This document shows, piece after piece, positions 25,728-34,976 of a DNA stretch of 64,000 bases. Positions within the stretch are counted from its first letter, which is position 1. Every line of letters starts with the position of its first letter. The translations under genes and the position numbers were made by a program. The notes under the pieces were generated by a model. That model made no database searches and had not been told where the DNA came from. It saw nothing but the letters and a program-made list of their open reading frames with translations. The stretch comes from Candidatus Avimonas faecium (GTDB lineage Bacteria; Bacillota; Clostridia; Oscillospirales; Acutalibacteraceae): NCBI GenBank assembly GCA_904419005.1, contig CAJFQI010000004.1, forward strand, positions 783 through 64,782, written 5' to 3'.

Positions 25728-26326
25728 TACTCTTCGTAATTTTTGATCTCTATGGAGCGGATCACCACATCCTCCTTGGGCTGGTCATTGCGGCCCACGG
25801 GGACGGCGGCGATCGCGTCGACGACGTCCATTCCGTCATACACCTGGCCGAACACCGTGTGCTTGAAATCCAGCCAAGGGGTGCCGCCGACCGCCGCATA
25901 ATGGTCCGCCACCTCCTTGGGGAAGCCGCGGTCCGCCAGCGCGGGCATCTGGGCCAGCATCTGCGCCGGGCAGTCGGCCGCCTGGACGATGAAGAACTGG
26001 CTGCCGTTGGTGTTGGGGCCGGCGTTGGCCATAGACAGCGCGCCGCGGTAGTTGCGCAGCTCCATGTCCGGCTCGTCCTCAAAGGGGCGGCCCCAGATGC
26101 TCTCGCCGCCGGTGCCGTTGCCCGCGGGGTCGCCGCCCTGGATCATGAAATCCCGGATGACGCGGTGGAAGGTCAGCCCGTCGTAATAGCCGTTTTTGGC
26201 GTGGGTGGTGAAATTTTCGAACGTTTTCGGGGTTTTATCCGGGAAAAGCCGGATCGCGATGTCCCCCATGCTGGTGTGCAGGATCGCCACAGTTTCGCCC
26301 TTCACGGGCCGGTCAAGCTGATTCAT
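25727..26326 (-). CDS. cyclophilin-type peptidyl-prolyl isomerase, cytoplasmic
   Basis: Trimmed from the 300-aa track ORF to ATG 26326 ([11 protein letters not shown]). [15 protein letters not shown] and [19 protein letters not shown] are present. There is no signal peptide. Confidence 0.9.
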   Translation of the reverse strand: MNQLDRPVKGETVAILHTSMGDIAIRLFPDKTPKTFENFTTHAKNGYYDGLTFHRVIRDFMIQGGDPAGNGTGGESIWGRPFEDEPDMELRNYRGALSMANAGPNTNGSQFFIVQAADCPAQMLAQMPALADRGFPKEVADHYAAVGGTPWLDFKHTVFGQVYDGMDVVDAIAAVPVGRNDQPKEDVVIRSIEIKNYEE

Positions 26327-26394
26327 CTTGCATCCTTTCTTTATCAAGGCCGCATAAAACCGCGCAGCCGTATTTCTTGCCCGCCACGGCATCG

Positions 26395-27102
26395 TCAGCC
26401 GGGCAGGGCCGCTTCCAAAAAGGGGGTAAGCGTCTCCGCCATGCGGTTGTATCCAATCACATGGGGATGGATGCCGTCGTCGGAAAGCCCCCCCCGCATC
26501 GTCAGGCCGTCCGGCCCGGCAAGGGCGGCGTGGTAGTCGACATAGGGCGCGCCGAATTTGATGCACAGCTCCCGAAGCCGGCCGTTGATCTGCTGGATCA
26601 AAAGGTTGCGGCGGGGGTAGTCCTCGCATCCTTCGCCGACCGGGAGGAGGGAACCTACCAGCAGCGGAATGCCCTGCTTGCGCGCCATGGACAGCATCCG
26701 GCGGTGGCTGTCCGCCACCAGGGCGGGGATTTCCTCCGGCGTGCCGGGGCCCCAGGTGTTGTTGACCCCGACCAGGAGCACGCAGGCCCGCGGCCGGAGC
26801 TGGAGGGCGTCCGCCTCAAACCGCCGGGCCAGGATATGCGCCTTGTCCCCGGCGATTCCCCGGTTGACCACGAGGCCGAACCGGCGGAAATAGGCGTTCA
26901 GCTCCCAAAAATGAGTGATCGAATCCCCGATAAAAACCGCATCGATCGGGGTGCGGTTGGTGACCAGCACCCCGTTTTTAAAGTCGAATTCCCACCGCCG
27001 GCCGTCGGCGGCCTCCCCGCCGAAGGAGGGCGGGCGGAGCAGCGGGGCCGGTTCCGCGGCGGGTGCATCGCCCTGCCGGCTGGAGCCGCTCTCCCGGTCC
27101 AT
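26395..27102 (-). CDS. SGNH/GDSL-family hydrolase
   Basis: Trimmed to ATG 27102, which overlaps the proS stop by 1 nt (TGATG). Block I is [10 protein letters not shown], block III VGVNN and block V DDGIHP. Confidence 0.75.
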   Translation of the reverse strand: MDRESGSSRQGDAPAAEPAPLLRPPSFGGEAADGRRWEFDFKNGVLVTNRTPIDAVFIGDSITHFWELNAYFRRFGLVVNRGIAGDKAHILARRFEADALQLRPRACVLLVGVNNTWGPGTPEEIPALVADSHRRMLSMARKQGIPLLVGSLLPVGEGCEDYPRRNLLIQQINGRLRELCIKFGAPYVDYHAALAGPDGLTMRGGLSDDGIHPHVIGYNRMAETLTPFLEAALPG

Positions 27103-28544
27103 CAATAGGCCTTGGCCCACAGCACCATCTGCTTGGCGGGCTTGCCGCAGCACACGCAGGTGTCGGCCAGGTGCTTCTGCGCAAAGGGGATGCAGCGGGA
27201 GCCGACACCGGTCTTTTCCTTGACCGCGTCCTCGCACGCCTCGTCGCCGCACCACATCGCCTCAATGAAGCCGTCCCCGTGCTCGTCCAGCACGCGGGTG
27301 ATCTCGTCCAGGCTGGTGCAGGCGTAGGTGCGGTTTTCGCGGTTTTGGAGCGCTTTCTGGTACAGGCCGTCGTGCACCTTTTTCAGCAGCGCGGGGACCG
27401 CGGTTTCGAGGTCGTCCAGCGAGACGACATGCTTCTCGCGGTCATGGCGGCAGACCAGCACGCACTGGTTGTTTTCAATATCCTTGGGCCCGATCTCGAG
27501 CCGCAGGGGGACGCCCTTCATCTCGTATTCTGCAAACTTCCATCCGGCGGAGTTTTCGGAATCGTCCACCTTGACCCGGGCGACGGCGGACAGGCGGGCC
27601 TTCAGCTCCGCCGCCTTTTCGAGCACGCCGGGCTTGTGCTGGGCGATGGGGAGGATGATCACCTGGATGGGGGCGACGGCAGGGGGGAGGACCAGGCCGT
27701 TGTCGTCGCCGTGGGTCATAATGACCGCGCCGATCAAGCGGGTGGTTACGCCCCAGGAGGTCTGGAACGGGGTCTGCAGGGTGTTGTCCTTGCCGGCGAA
27801 CTGGATGCCGAACGCCTTGGCGAAGCCGTCCCCGAAATAGTGGGAGGTGCCGGCCTGGAGCGCCTTGCCGTCGTGCATCATGGCCTCAATGGCGTAGGTG
27901 GATACCGCGCCGGCAAACTTGTCGCTGTCGGTCTTTTTGCCCTTGACAACCGGGATGGCGAGGGATTCCTCGCAGAAGGTGGCGTAAACGTCCAGCATCC
28001 GCTCGGTTTCCTCAACCGCCTCCTCGGCGGTGGCGTGGATGGTGTGGCCCTCCTGCCACAGGAATTCGCGGGAACGCAGGAAGGGGCGGGTGGTCTTTTC
28101 CCACCGCACCACGTTGACCCACTGGTTGTACAGCTTGGGAAGGTCCCGCCAGGAGTGGACGATGTTGGCGTAATGCTCGCAGAACAGGGTCTCGCTGGTG
28201 GGGCGCACGCAGAGCCGCTCCTCGAGCTCCTCGCTGCCGCCGTGGGTCACCCAGGCCACCTCCGGCGCGAAGCCCTCGACGTGATCCTTCTCCTTTTGCA
28301 GGAGGCTTTCCGGGATGAACAGGGGCATACAGACGTTTTCATGCCCGAGCTCCTTAAACATACCATCGAGGATCCGCTGCATGTTTTCCCAGATCGCGTA
28401 GCCGTAGGGGCGGATGACCATGCAGCCCTTGACGCTGGTGTATTCGACCAGCTCCGCCTTTTTGACGATATCGGTATACCATTGGGCGAAATCCTCGTCC
28501 ATTGAGGTGATGGCATCCACCATTTTTTTGTTATTGGCCATCAA
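27102..28544 (-). CDS. proS: proline--tRNA ligase (about 480 aa, archaeal/eukaryote-like type without the INS editing domain)
   Basis: 480 aa with [35 protein letters not shown] and class II motifs. The C-terminus has a zinc-binding CxxC (WCGDEACE...CVCCGKPA). Confidence 0.95.
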   Translation of the reverse strand: MMANNKKMVDAITSMDEDFAQWYTDIVKKAELVEYTSVKGCMVIRPYGYAIWENMQRILDGMFKELGHENVCMPLFIPESLLQKEKDHVEGFAPEVAWVTHGGSEELEERLCVRPTSETLFCEHYANIVHSWRDLPKLYNQWVNVVRWEKTTRPFLRSREFLWQEGHTIHATAEEAVEETERMLDVYATFCEESLAIPVVKGKKTDSDKFAGAVSTYAIEAMMHDGKALQAGTSHYFGDGFAKAFGIQFAGKDNTLQTPFQTSWGVTTRLIGAVIMTHGDDNGLVLPPAVAPIQVIILPIAQHKPGVLEKAAELKARLSAVARVKVDDSENSAGWKFAEYEMKGVPLRLEIGPKDIENNQCVLVCRHDREKHVVSLDDLETAVPALLKKVHDGLYQKALQNRENRTYACTSLDEITRVLDEHGDGFIEAMWCGDEACEDAVKEKTGVGSRCIPFAQKHLADTCVCCGKPAKQMVLWAKAY

Positions 28545-28596
28545 ATGTTCCTTCTTTCTCTGGGGCGGCCGGGGACAGCCGCCGGGAATGGGATAT

Positions 28597-28642
28597 GCCG
28601 GAAGGGGGGCGCCGCAGGCTGTGCAGCGCCTCCCCTTCCGGC
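28597..28642. other. GC-rich hairpin between the OadG-like gene and proS
   Basis: Arm gccggaaggggggcgc, 13-nt loop, arm gcgcctccccttccggc. No U-tract follows on the minus (coding) strand, so it may be an RNA-processing or stability element rather than a terminator. Confidence 0.4.
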
Positions 28643-28650
28643 AAAAAGAC

Positions 28651-28824
28651 CTACTGCGGCGTATTTTCGCCCGAACCGTCCTTATCCTTTTTCTCCGTGG
28701 TTTTGTTTAGCAGCACGATCACGGCCAGCAGAACGACCATGACCACAAAGATGCCGACCATGCCGAGAAGCATCAGCAGCAGCGCGTTGCCGAGATTGGC
28801 TAACCCTTGAAATTCAATATTCAT
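28651..28824 (-). CDS. OadG-like small membrane subunit (57 aa, below the ORF-track cutoff)
   Basis: My own translation: [72 protein letters not shown] is present. It is a single TM protein 27 nt downstream of oadB, as for gamma subunits of Na+-decarboxylases. Confidence 0.6.
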   Translation of the reverse strand: MNIEFQGLANLGNALLLMLLGMVGIFVVMVVLLAVIVLLNKTTEKKDKDGSGENTPQ

Positions 28825-28851
28825 AACACTTCATCCTTTCCGCGGCGGGGA

Positions 28852-30030
28852 TCAGCCGCCGATCAGGCGGGGGACCACCGTCAGGATAATGCCGCCTGCG
28901 ACGACCGAGCCGATCTGACCGGCGACGTTCGCGCCCACGGCATGCATGAGCAGGTGGTTCTGGTTGTCTTCCTTGAGGGCCATCTTCTGGATCACGCGGG
29001 CCGACATTGGGAACGCGGAGATACCCGCGCCGCCGACCATCGGGTTGATCTTCTTGCCCTCCGGCAGGAAGAGGTTCATCAGCTTGGCGAACAGCACGCC
29101 GCCGATGGTGTCAAAGATGAAGGCGACCAGACCGAGGGCCATGATGATCAAGGTGGCCGGGTCCACGAACCGATCGGCCTTCATGCTCGAGGCGATGGTC
29201 AGACCCAGCAGGATCGTCACCAGGTTGGCCAGGGTGGTCTGCGCGGTCTGGGACAGGCTGTCCAGCTTCAGGCATTCCCGCAGCAGGTTGCCGAACATCA
29301 GCATACCTACCAGGGACACCGAGGCCGGGGCGACCAGGCCGGCGATGATGGTGGTGATGATCGGGAAGAGGATGCGGGTCAGGCGGGATACCGACTGGGG
29401 ATTGTACGGCATCCGGATCATCCGTTCCTTCTTGGTGGTGACCAGCTTAATGGTCGCCGGCTGGATGATCGGGACCAGCGCCATATACGAATAGGCGGCT
29501 ACCGCGATGGCGCCGACGTAATCGGAACCGAGCACCTGCGATACCAGAATGGACGTGGGGCCGTCCGCCGCGCCGATGACGCCGATGGCCGCCGCTTCTT
29601 TGAACGGGAAGAAGAAGGATGCCAGCAGGACGGTCAGGAAGATGCCGAACTGCGCCGCCGCGCCGAACAGGAGCATTTTGGGATTGGACAGCAGCGGCCC
29701 AAAGTCGATCATGGCGCCGATGCCGATGAACAGCAGCAGCGGCATGGCTTCGGAGGCTTCAATCCCCACCTGGAACAGCCAGTCTACAATGCCGACCACT
29801 TCTTCACCCAGCGCGTCGTTCATCTGGTTAATAGCGCCGGAGAACGGAAGGTTGACCAAAATCGCGCCGAAGCCCATCGGCATCAGCAGCGCCGGTTCAA
29901 AATCCTTGGCCAGTGCCAGGTAGATCAGCAGCCCGCCGATCAGGATCATGACGAGGTTCTTCCAGCCGTCGGCTGTAAAGAAGAACGCGACGCCGTCATA
30001 CAGAAAACGAAAATGCTCCAGTATTTCCAA
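28852..30030 (-). CDS. Na+-translocating decarboxylase beta subunit (OadB/GcdB/MmdB family)
   Basis: A polytopic membrane protein: LMILIGGLLIYLALAKDFEPALLMPMGFGAILVNLP... I prefer the TTG start at 30030, 6 nt after AAAGGAGAG. The track start GTG 30057 lies upstream of that SD. Confidence 0.85.
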   Translation of the reverse strand: MEILEHFRFLYDGVAFFFTADGWKNLVMILIGGLLIYLALAKDFEPALLMPMGFGAILVNLPFSGAINQMNDALGEEVVGIVDWLFQVGIEASEAMPLLLFIGIGAMIDFGPLLSNPKMLLFGAAAQFGIFLTVLLASFFFPFKEAAAIGVIGAADGPTSILVSQVLGSDYVGAIAVAAYSYMALVPIIQPATIKLVTTKKERMIRMPYNPQSVSRLTRILFPIITTIIAGLVAPASVSLVGMLMFGNLLRECLKLDSLSQTAQTTLANLVTILLGLTIASSMKADRFVDPATLIIMALGLVAFIFDTIGGVLFAKLMNLFLPEGKKINPMVGGAGISAFPMSARVIQKMALKEDNQNHLLMHAVGANVAGQIGSVVAGGIILTVVPRLIGG

Positions 30031-30109
30031 CGTAGACTCTCCTTTGGCGCGCGGCACCTCTGGAAACGGCGCCGCCGCTCATGAAATAATAGGGAACCAA
30101 CAGCTTCCT

Positions 30110-30138
30110 ATTATACCGAAAGTCTGTCCACATTTCAA
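30110..30138 (-). promoter_or_regulatory. consensus-like sigma-A promoter of the oadB-oadG-proS... transcription unit
   Basis: Minus strand: TTGAAA (30133-30138), 17 nt, TATAAT (30110-30115). Confidence 0.6.
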
Positions 30139-30283
30139 CAGGCAAAGCGGCGCAAAGCCGCCCGAAAGGCCGGAATTTTAAGAAAATATTTGCTTGACTT
30201 TTCACGGGGCCTCCTCTATCGTAAAGCCAGAGGCGGGGCCCGGCGTCGGGAAACGCCGGCAAAAAGCGGAACAGGAGGGCGTT

Positions 30284-31009
30284 ATGTTTACCGTAAGCCA
30301 TGTGACCAAGCGGTACGGCAAATTGACCGCAAACAGCGATATCTCCTTTGAGGTGGGGGATGGGCAGATCGCCGTCCTGCTCGGCCCGAACGGGGCGGGG
30401 AAGTCCACCATCATCAAATGCATCGCCGGCCTGCTGCGGTTTGAGGGGGAGATCCGGATTGACGGGCATCCCAACAAATCCTTAGAAGCCAAGCGCCTGC
30501 TGGGCTATGTGCCGGAGATGCCGGCGGTCTATGACCTGCTGACGGTGGGGGAGCATCTCGAATTCATCGCCCGCGCCTACTCCTTATCCGGCTGGGAGGG
30601 GTACGCCGCGTCCCTGTTGGAACGGTTTGAGCTGGCCGACAAAAAGGAGAAGCTCGGCAAGGAACTGTCCAAAGGGATGCAGCAGAAGCTGAGCGTCTGC
30701 TGCGCGCTGCTCCACCGGCCCAAAGCGGTAATCTTTGACGAGCCGCTGGTCGGCCTTGACCCCCACGCGATCAAGGAGCTCAAGGACCTGTTCCGCGAAC
30801 TCAAGCGGGACGGCGCGGCGGTGCTGATCAGCACCCATATGATTGACAGCGTGGAGGATTACTGGGATATCGCCCACATCATGATGAACGGGCGGTTTGC
30901 CGCCACCATGCGCAGCGACCCCGCCGCGCAGCAGGAGAAGACGCTGGAGGAGCTGTTCTTTGAAATCACCGAGGCGCCGGCGTCCGCCGGGACGGGGGGC
31001 GCGGTATGA
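30284..31009 (+). CDS. ABC transporter ATP-binding protein
   Basis: Trimmed to ATG 30284. Walker A is GPNGAGKST, the signature is LSKGMQQKL and Walker B is VIFDEP. ATGA overlaps the next gene. Confidence 0.92.
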   Translation: MFTVSHVTKRYGKLTANSDISFEVGDGQIAVLLGPNGAGKSTIIKCIAGLLRFEGEIRIDGHPNKSLEAKRLLGYVPEMPAVYDLLTVGEHLEFIARAYSLSGWEGYAASLLERFELADKKEKLGKELSKGMQQKLSVCCALLHRPKAVIFDEPLVGLDPHAIKELKDLFRELKRDGAAVLISTHMIDSVEDYWDIAHIMMNGRFAATMRSDPAAQQEKTLEELFFEITEAPASAGTGGAV

Positions 31010-32571
31010 GGGCCCTGTCCTATTTGTTCTTTACCACCCTGAAAAACCGGATCAAGGAACTGCGCAGGCATCCTTCCCAGCTGATCCTGCTGCTGTTTTT
31101 GGCGGCGATGCTGGCGCTGGCGGTCGCCACCGCCGGCCTGCCTTCGGAGGCGGGGGCGCAGCGGCGGCCGCTGGCCGAGCTGAGGGCGATGCTGCTGGCC
31201 CTTTATGCGGCGATGTTCCTGCTGCTGTGCAAAAACGGGCTGTCCTCCGGCGCGAGCTTTTATTCTATGGCGGATGTCCACCTGCTGTTCTCCGCCCCGA
31301 TCCGGCCCCAGCGCATCCTGTTTTACGGCCTTCTGCGGCAGCTCGGGGCGTCGGTGCTGCTCGGATTTTTCCTTGTGTTCCAGTATTCTTGGCTGCACGA
31401 TCTGTACGGCCTGTCCCTCCCCGGCCTGCTGGCTATCGTGCTGGGCTACTGCCTGACGGTGTTCTGCGCGCAGCTTACCGCGGTAGTGCTGTACGCCTTT
31501 ACCAGCGGCAGCGAGAGGCGGCGGCGGATTGGCAAGGGGGCGCTGTACCTCCTGGCGGCCGCCGCCGTACTGGGGGCCGGCCTCCCCGCCCTGGCGCCCG
31601 GTACGGCGCAGGAAAAGCTGGCGGCGGTTGTCTCAGCGGCGGACGGGCCGCTCCTTGCCGGCTTCCCGGTGGCCGGCTGGCTGAAGGCCGCAGCGGGCGG
31701 CCTGATCGGGGGCGGTGCCCTTCCCGCCGCGCTCGGGCTGGGAGCCGGCGCGGCCTATGCGGCGGCGCTGGTGGCGCTGCTGACCGCCGCCCACCCCGAC
31801 TTTTACGAGGACGTGCTCAAGGCGACCGAGATCTCCTTTACCGCCGTCACAGCGTCTAAGGAGGGCAAAATGGCCGAACCGCTCCCCGCCCGCGTCAAAG
31901 TGGGCAGGACCGGCATCGGCGCGGGCAGAGGGGCCGGGGTGTTTTATTATAAGCACCGGCTGGAGCGCCGCCGTTCCCGCGTCTTTCTGCTGGACGGCAT
32001 GACGCTGCTTTGGGCGGGCATCTGCATCGTGTTTTCCTTCTTTATGCGGGAAGAGGGGATGCTGGCCGTCTTCATATTTGCCACCTATATGCAGCTGTTT
32101 TCCTCCAGCACCGGCCGCTGGCTGCGGGAGCTTCTGATGCCCTATGCGTATATGATCCCGGAACCGCCCTTCCGCAAGCTGATAGGGGTGTGCCGGGAGA
32201 GCATCCTCCAGTCCGCGGCGGAGGCGGCGGTGGTCATGATCCCCTGCGGCCTGATTGTCGGCGCTCCGCCGCTGCTGATCGCCGGCTGCGTCGCCGCCCG
32301 CTTTGGGTTCGCCCTGCTGTTTATGGCGGGCAACATCCTGATGGAGCGGCTGTTCGGCCAGGTGCTCAACAAGGCGCTGATCCTGGGGCTGTTCCTGCTG
32401 CTGATGGTCCTGCTGGCGCTGCCGGGCGTGGCCGCCGGCGTGGCCGCGGGCATCCTGGCCGGGATGGAAGCCGCGATGCCGGTGGTCGCCCTTTGGTGCG
32501 CGGCTGTTTCGGCGCTGATCGCCTTCCTCTGCCGGGATCTCCTGGACATCGCGGAGCTCAACAACAAATAA
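31006..32571 (+). CDS. putative ABC exporter permease (multi-TM)
   Basis: 521 aa with at least 10 hydrophobic segments. It is translationally coupled to the ATPase. Its family resembles the putative ABC exporter group (recollection). Confidence 0.65.
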   Translation: MRALSYLFFTTLKNRIKELRRHPSQLILLLFLAAMLALAVATAGLPSEAGAQRRPLAELRAMLLALYAAMFLLLCKNGLSSGASFYSMADVHLLFSAPIRPQRILFYGLLRQLGASVLLGFFLVFQYSWLHDLYGLSLPGLLAIVLGYCLTVFCAQLTAVVLYAFTSGSERRRRIGKGALYLLAAAAVLGAGLPALAPGTAQEKLAAVVSAADGPLLAGFPVAGWLKAAAGGLIGGGALPAALGLGAGAAYAAALVALLTAAHPDFYEDVLKATEISFTAVTASKEGKMAEPLPARVKVGRTGIGAGRGAGVFYYKHRLERRRSRVFLLDGMTLLWAGICIVFSFFMREEGMLAVFIFATYMQLFSSSTGRWLRELLMPYAYMIPEPPFRKLIGVCRESILQSAAEAAVVMIPCGLIVGAPPLLIAGCVAARFGFALLFMAGNILMERLFGQVLNKALILGLFLLLMVLLALPGVAAGVAAGILAGMEAAMPVVALWCAAVSALIAFLCRDLLDIAELNNK

Positions 32572-32608
32572 GGCGGGAGGCTCTGCCGCGGCGGCTTCCC
32601 CAGGGGGC

Positions 32609-32649
32609 AACAAAAGGGCCCGCGCAAACAGGAATGCCTGCGCGGGCCC
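32609..32649. terminator. hairpin terminator between the convergent permease and mtaB genes
   Basis: Perfect 11-bp stem gggcccgcgca / tgcgcgggccc. A U-run (ttttgttg) follows only on the minus strand. Confidence 0.55.
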
Positions 32650-32880
32650 GGAGCGTTTATGGACGGTTATCTTGGGGACGGCCGCCTCTCCTCCCGCCGC
32701 CGTTCCTTTTATGAAATCGAGGCGGTACTTTTCCGGCGGGGCAGTTGAACGCCGCCGGCCCGCCGGGCGCTTCTGCAAAAGGCTTTGCAAGGATGGATTG
32801 GCCGGCGAGAAAGACGAAATCCAAAGTCAAGATGCGGCTTCTTATAGGGGGCAGAGTGCGGGAATCGCGGCGCGGTGCTT

Positions 32881-34197
32881 TTATGCCAATTCCCCTTCGC
32901 ACACGCCCTCCCGGCGGCCGGTGATCCGCACCTGGACGGCGTCGCCCGGCTTCAGGCCCTCCCCGGCCGGCACAAGGACGGGGATATACGCGGGGGTATA
33001 CCCCTCCCACATCCCGTCTTTGCCCCGGGTCTCAAGCAGCACCTCGGCCTCCCGGCCGATCCAGGAGCCCAGGAAGGCGTCCCGGAGCCGGTCGCAGGCG
33101 GCGATCATGCGGCGGCTGCGGCGGGATTTTTCCTCCCGCGGCACCTGCCCGTCCATCCGGGCCGCCACGGTTCCGGGGCGGCGGGAGTAAGCAAAGACGT
33201 GGGCGCGGGCGAACCCGACTTTCTGGACAAAGGCCAGGGATTCCGCAAACTCCGCCTCGTCCTCACCGGGGAAGCCCACCATCACGTCGGTGGTCAGGGC
33301 GCAGCCGGGGAAGCGCTCCCGCAGCGCGGCGCAGACGGCGAGGTATTCCTCCGGCGTGTAGTGCCGGTTCATCCGTTTCAGGGTGGCGGCGCACCCGCTC
33401 TGCAGGGAGAGGTGGAACTGGGGGCAGAGCTTTTCCTGCGCGCCCAGCCGGGCGATCACCGCGGGGGTCAGCATATCGGGCTCAAGCGAGCCAAGCCGCA
33501 CCCGGCGGATCCCCGGCGTCCGGCAGGCGGCCTCCACCGCATCGCAGAGCCCCAGGCCGAGATCCCGGCCATAGGCGGTTAGGTTGATGCCGGACAGCAC
33601 CACCTCCGCATACCCCTTGGCCGCCAGCGCGGCAAGCTCCCGCTCCAGCTCCGGCAGCGGCTTAGAGCGCACCCGCCCGCGGGCATAGGGGATGATGCAG
33701 TAGGCGCAGAAGCGGTCGCAGCCGTCCTCAATCTTGACAAAGGCGCGGGTGCGGCCCCCGAAATCGTCGACCGCCAGGCTTTCAAACTCCCGGGAGTGGG
33801 GGGCGATGTCGACAATCCGCTGCCCGCGGGCCAGGAAATCGTGCAGGTACCGGGGGAGGGCCCGCCGGCAGGCGTTGCCCAGCACGATGTCCGCCTCGGA
33901 AAAGCGCTCCGCGGCCTCGGGAAACGCCTGGGGGAAGCAGCCGGTCAGTACCACCACCGCATGGGGGTATTCCCGCCGGCAGCGGCGCAGGAGCTGCCGC
34001 AGCTTGCGGTCGCTTTCGCCGGTCACGGTGCAGGAATTGAGCACAATGGCCACGTCCTGCATGGCGGCCCGCTCCTCCGGCGTGCCGGAGAAGAGCGCTT
34101 CGGAGGTTTCGCAGCCTTCGGCCTCCATCAGCGCGCGCATGGCCTGCGTTTCGTATTGGTTGACCTTGCAGCCGAGGGTGTGGAAATAAACGATCAT
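32881..34197 (-). CDS. mtaB: tRNA (N6-threonylcarbamoyladenosine-37) methylthiotransferase MtaB
   Basis: 438 aa with the MTTase N-domain (FHTLGCKVNQYE), a radical SAM CDRFCAYC and a C-terminal TRAM-like domain. Confidence 0.88.
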   Translation of the reverse strand: MIVYFHTLGCKVNQYETQAMRALMEAEGCETSEALFSGTPEERAAMQDVAIVLNSCTVTGESDRKLRQLLRRCRREYPHAVVVLTGCFPQAFPEAAERFSEADIVLGNACRRALPRYLHDFLARGQRIVDIAPHSREFESLAVDDFGGRTRAFVKIEDGCDRFCAYCIIPYARGRVRSKPLPELERELAALAAKGYAEVVLSGINLTAYGRDLGLGLCDAVEAACRTPGIRRVRLGSLEPDMLTPAVIARLGAQEKLCPQFHLSLQSGCAATLKRMNRHYTPEEYLAVCAALRERFPGCALTTDVMVGFPGEDEAEFAESLAFVQKVGFARAHVFAYSRRPGTVAARMDGQVPREEKSRRSRRMIAACDRLRDAFLGSWIGREAEVLLETRGKDGMWEGYTPAYIPVLVPAGEGLKPGDAVQVRITGRREGVCEGELA

Positions 34198-34484
34198 GCC
34201 GTTGGGCCCCTTTTGGCAAAAATTCCGCGGGGGCGGGCCCCGCGGGGGAATCTGCCCTCATTATACTGAAAAGCGGCCCGGATTTCAACCGGTTGTTCGT
34301 ACGGTACATTGTTTGTGCGGTACACGTCCCAAAGCCGCCGGGGGCGGAAAATACCGGGCGGGAAAGTTTTCGGATAAAGTTGATTTTTCGCGGGGAAAGG
34401 GATATAATAGCGCAATAGGAACGGAGGGGGCCGGCGCCGCGGCGCCGGGACATACGGCCCCGCCGCGATGAAGGGAGGATCTTT

Positions 34485-34715
34485 ATGTACGAGGCAAAGG
34501 TACACTTTGATACCGTCGTGGACGTCAAGAAGTTCGTCAACATCTGCAACAGCGTGTCGTTTGACGTGGACCTGGTATCGGGCCGCTATGTGGTTGACGG
34601 CAAGTCGATCATGGGGCTGTTCAGCCTGGATCTTTCCAAACCGGTCGAGCTGAAGGCTGACTGCGGGCCGGACGATGAATTTGTGACAAAAATTGGGGCC
34701 TATCTTGTCCGCTAG
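34485..34715 (+). CDS. HPr/Crh-like small protein lacking the His15 phosphorylation motif
   Basis: 76 aa. GKSIMGLFSLDLSKPVEL matches the Ser46 region of HPr/Crh (KSIMGxMSL). The N-terminal GIHARPA segment is replaced by DTVVDVKKFV. Confidence 0.6.
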   Translation: MYEAKVHFDTVVDVKKFVNICNSVSFDVDLVSGRYVVDGKSIMGLFSLDLSKPVELKADCGPDDEFVTKIGAYLVR

Positions 34716-34727
34716 GGCGTTTGAAGA

Positions 34728-34778
34728 CGATGGAGCGCAAAGCCAGGGCGCTGCAAAATCAAGGATTTTGCAGCGCCC
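34728..34778 (+). terminator. perfect 23-bp hairpin after the HPr-like gene
   Basis: Arm gcaaagccagggcgctgcaaaat, loop caagg, arm attttgcagcgccctggctttgc. There is no clear U-tract. It shares the core AGGGCGCTGCA...TGCAGCGCCCT with the hairpin at 46408-46450. Confidence 0.55.
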
Positions 34779-34976
34779 TGGCTTTGCGTATCCGATCGTT
34801 CACCCGTTTGCCTTGGAGGATTTCCCTTTGCCGGCGGAGGGGAACGGGGCTGTGCTCCGCCTGCGGGATGCAGGCCTTCCTGCGGCTTCCCCGCCCGGCC
34901 GTCGGCAAATCGGAGCCATAAATCCCGCGGAAGCCGCATATATTGGCAGTAAAGCAGGATCCGATGCAACGAAAGG

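Noticed and set aside
27063-28505. A 480-aa ORF on the + strand that almost exactly mirrors proS (also 480 aa) on the opposite strand. Similar cases are 28807-30084 opposite oadB, 59525-61318 opposite the RACo gene, 6904-8337, 10707-11783 and 44066-45232.
   Set aside because: The translations are low-complexity and Arg/Gly/Ala/Pro/His/Asp-rich with no motifs and no SD. The sense-strand genes carry unambiguous family signatures. Long stop-free antisense frames are expected in DNA of about 70% GC with GC-rich third codon positions.
28545-28650. A possible T-box leader upstream of proS.
   Set aside because: Only about 105 nt separate the OadG-like stop from the proS start. No specifier-loop / T-box (AAUUAGGGUGGUACCGCG-like) sequence is visible, only a single GC hairpin.
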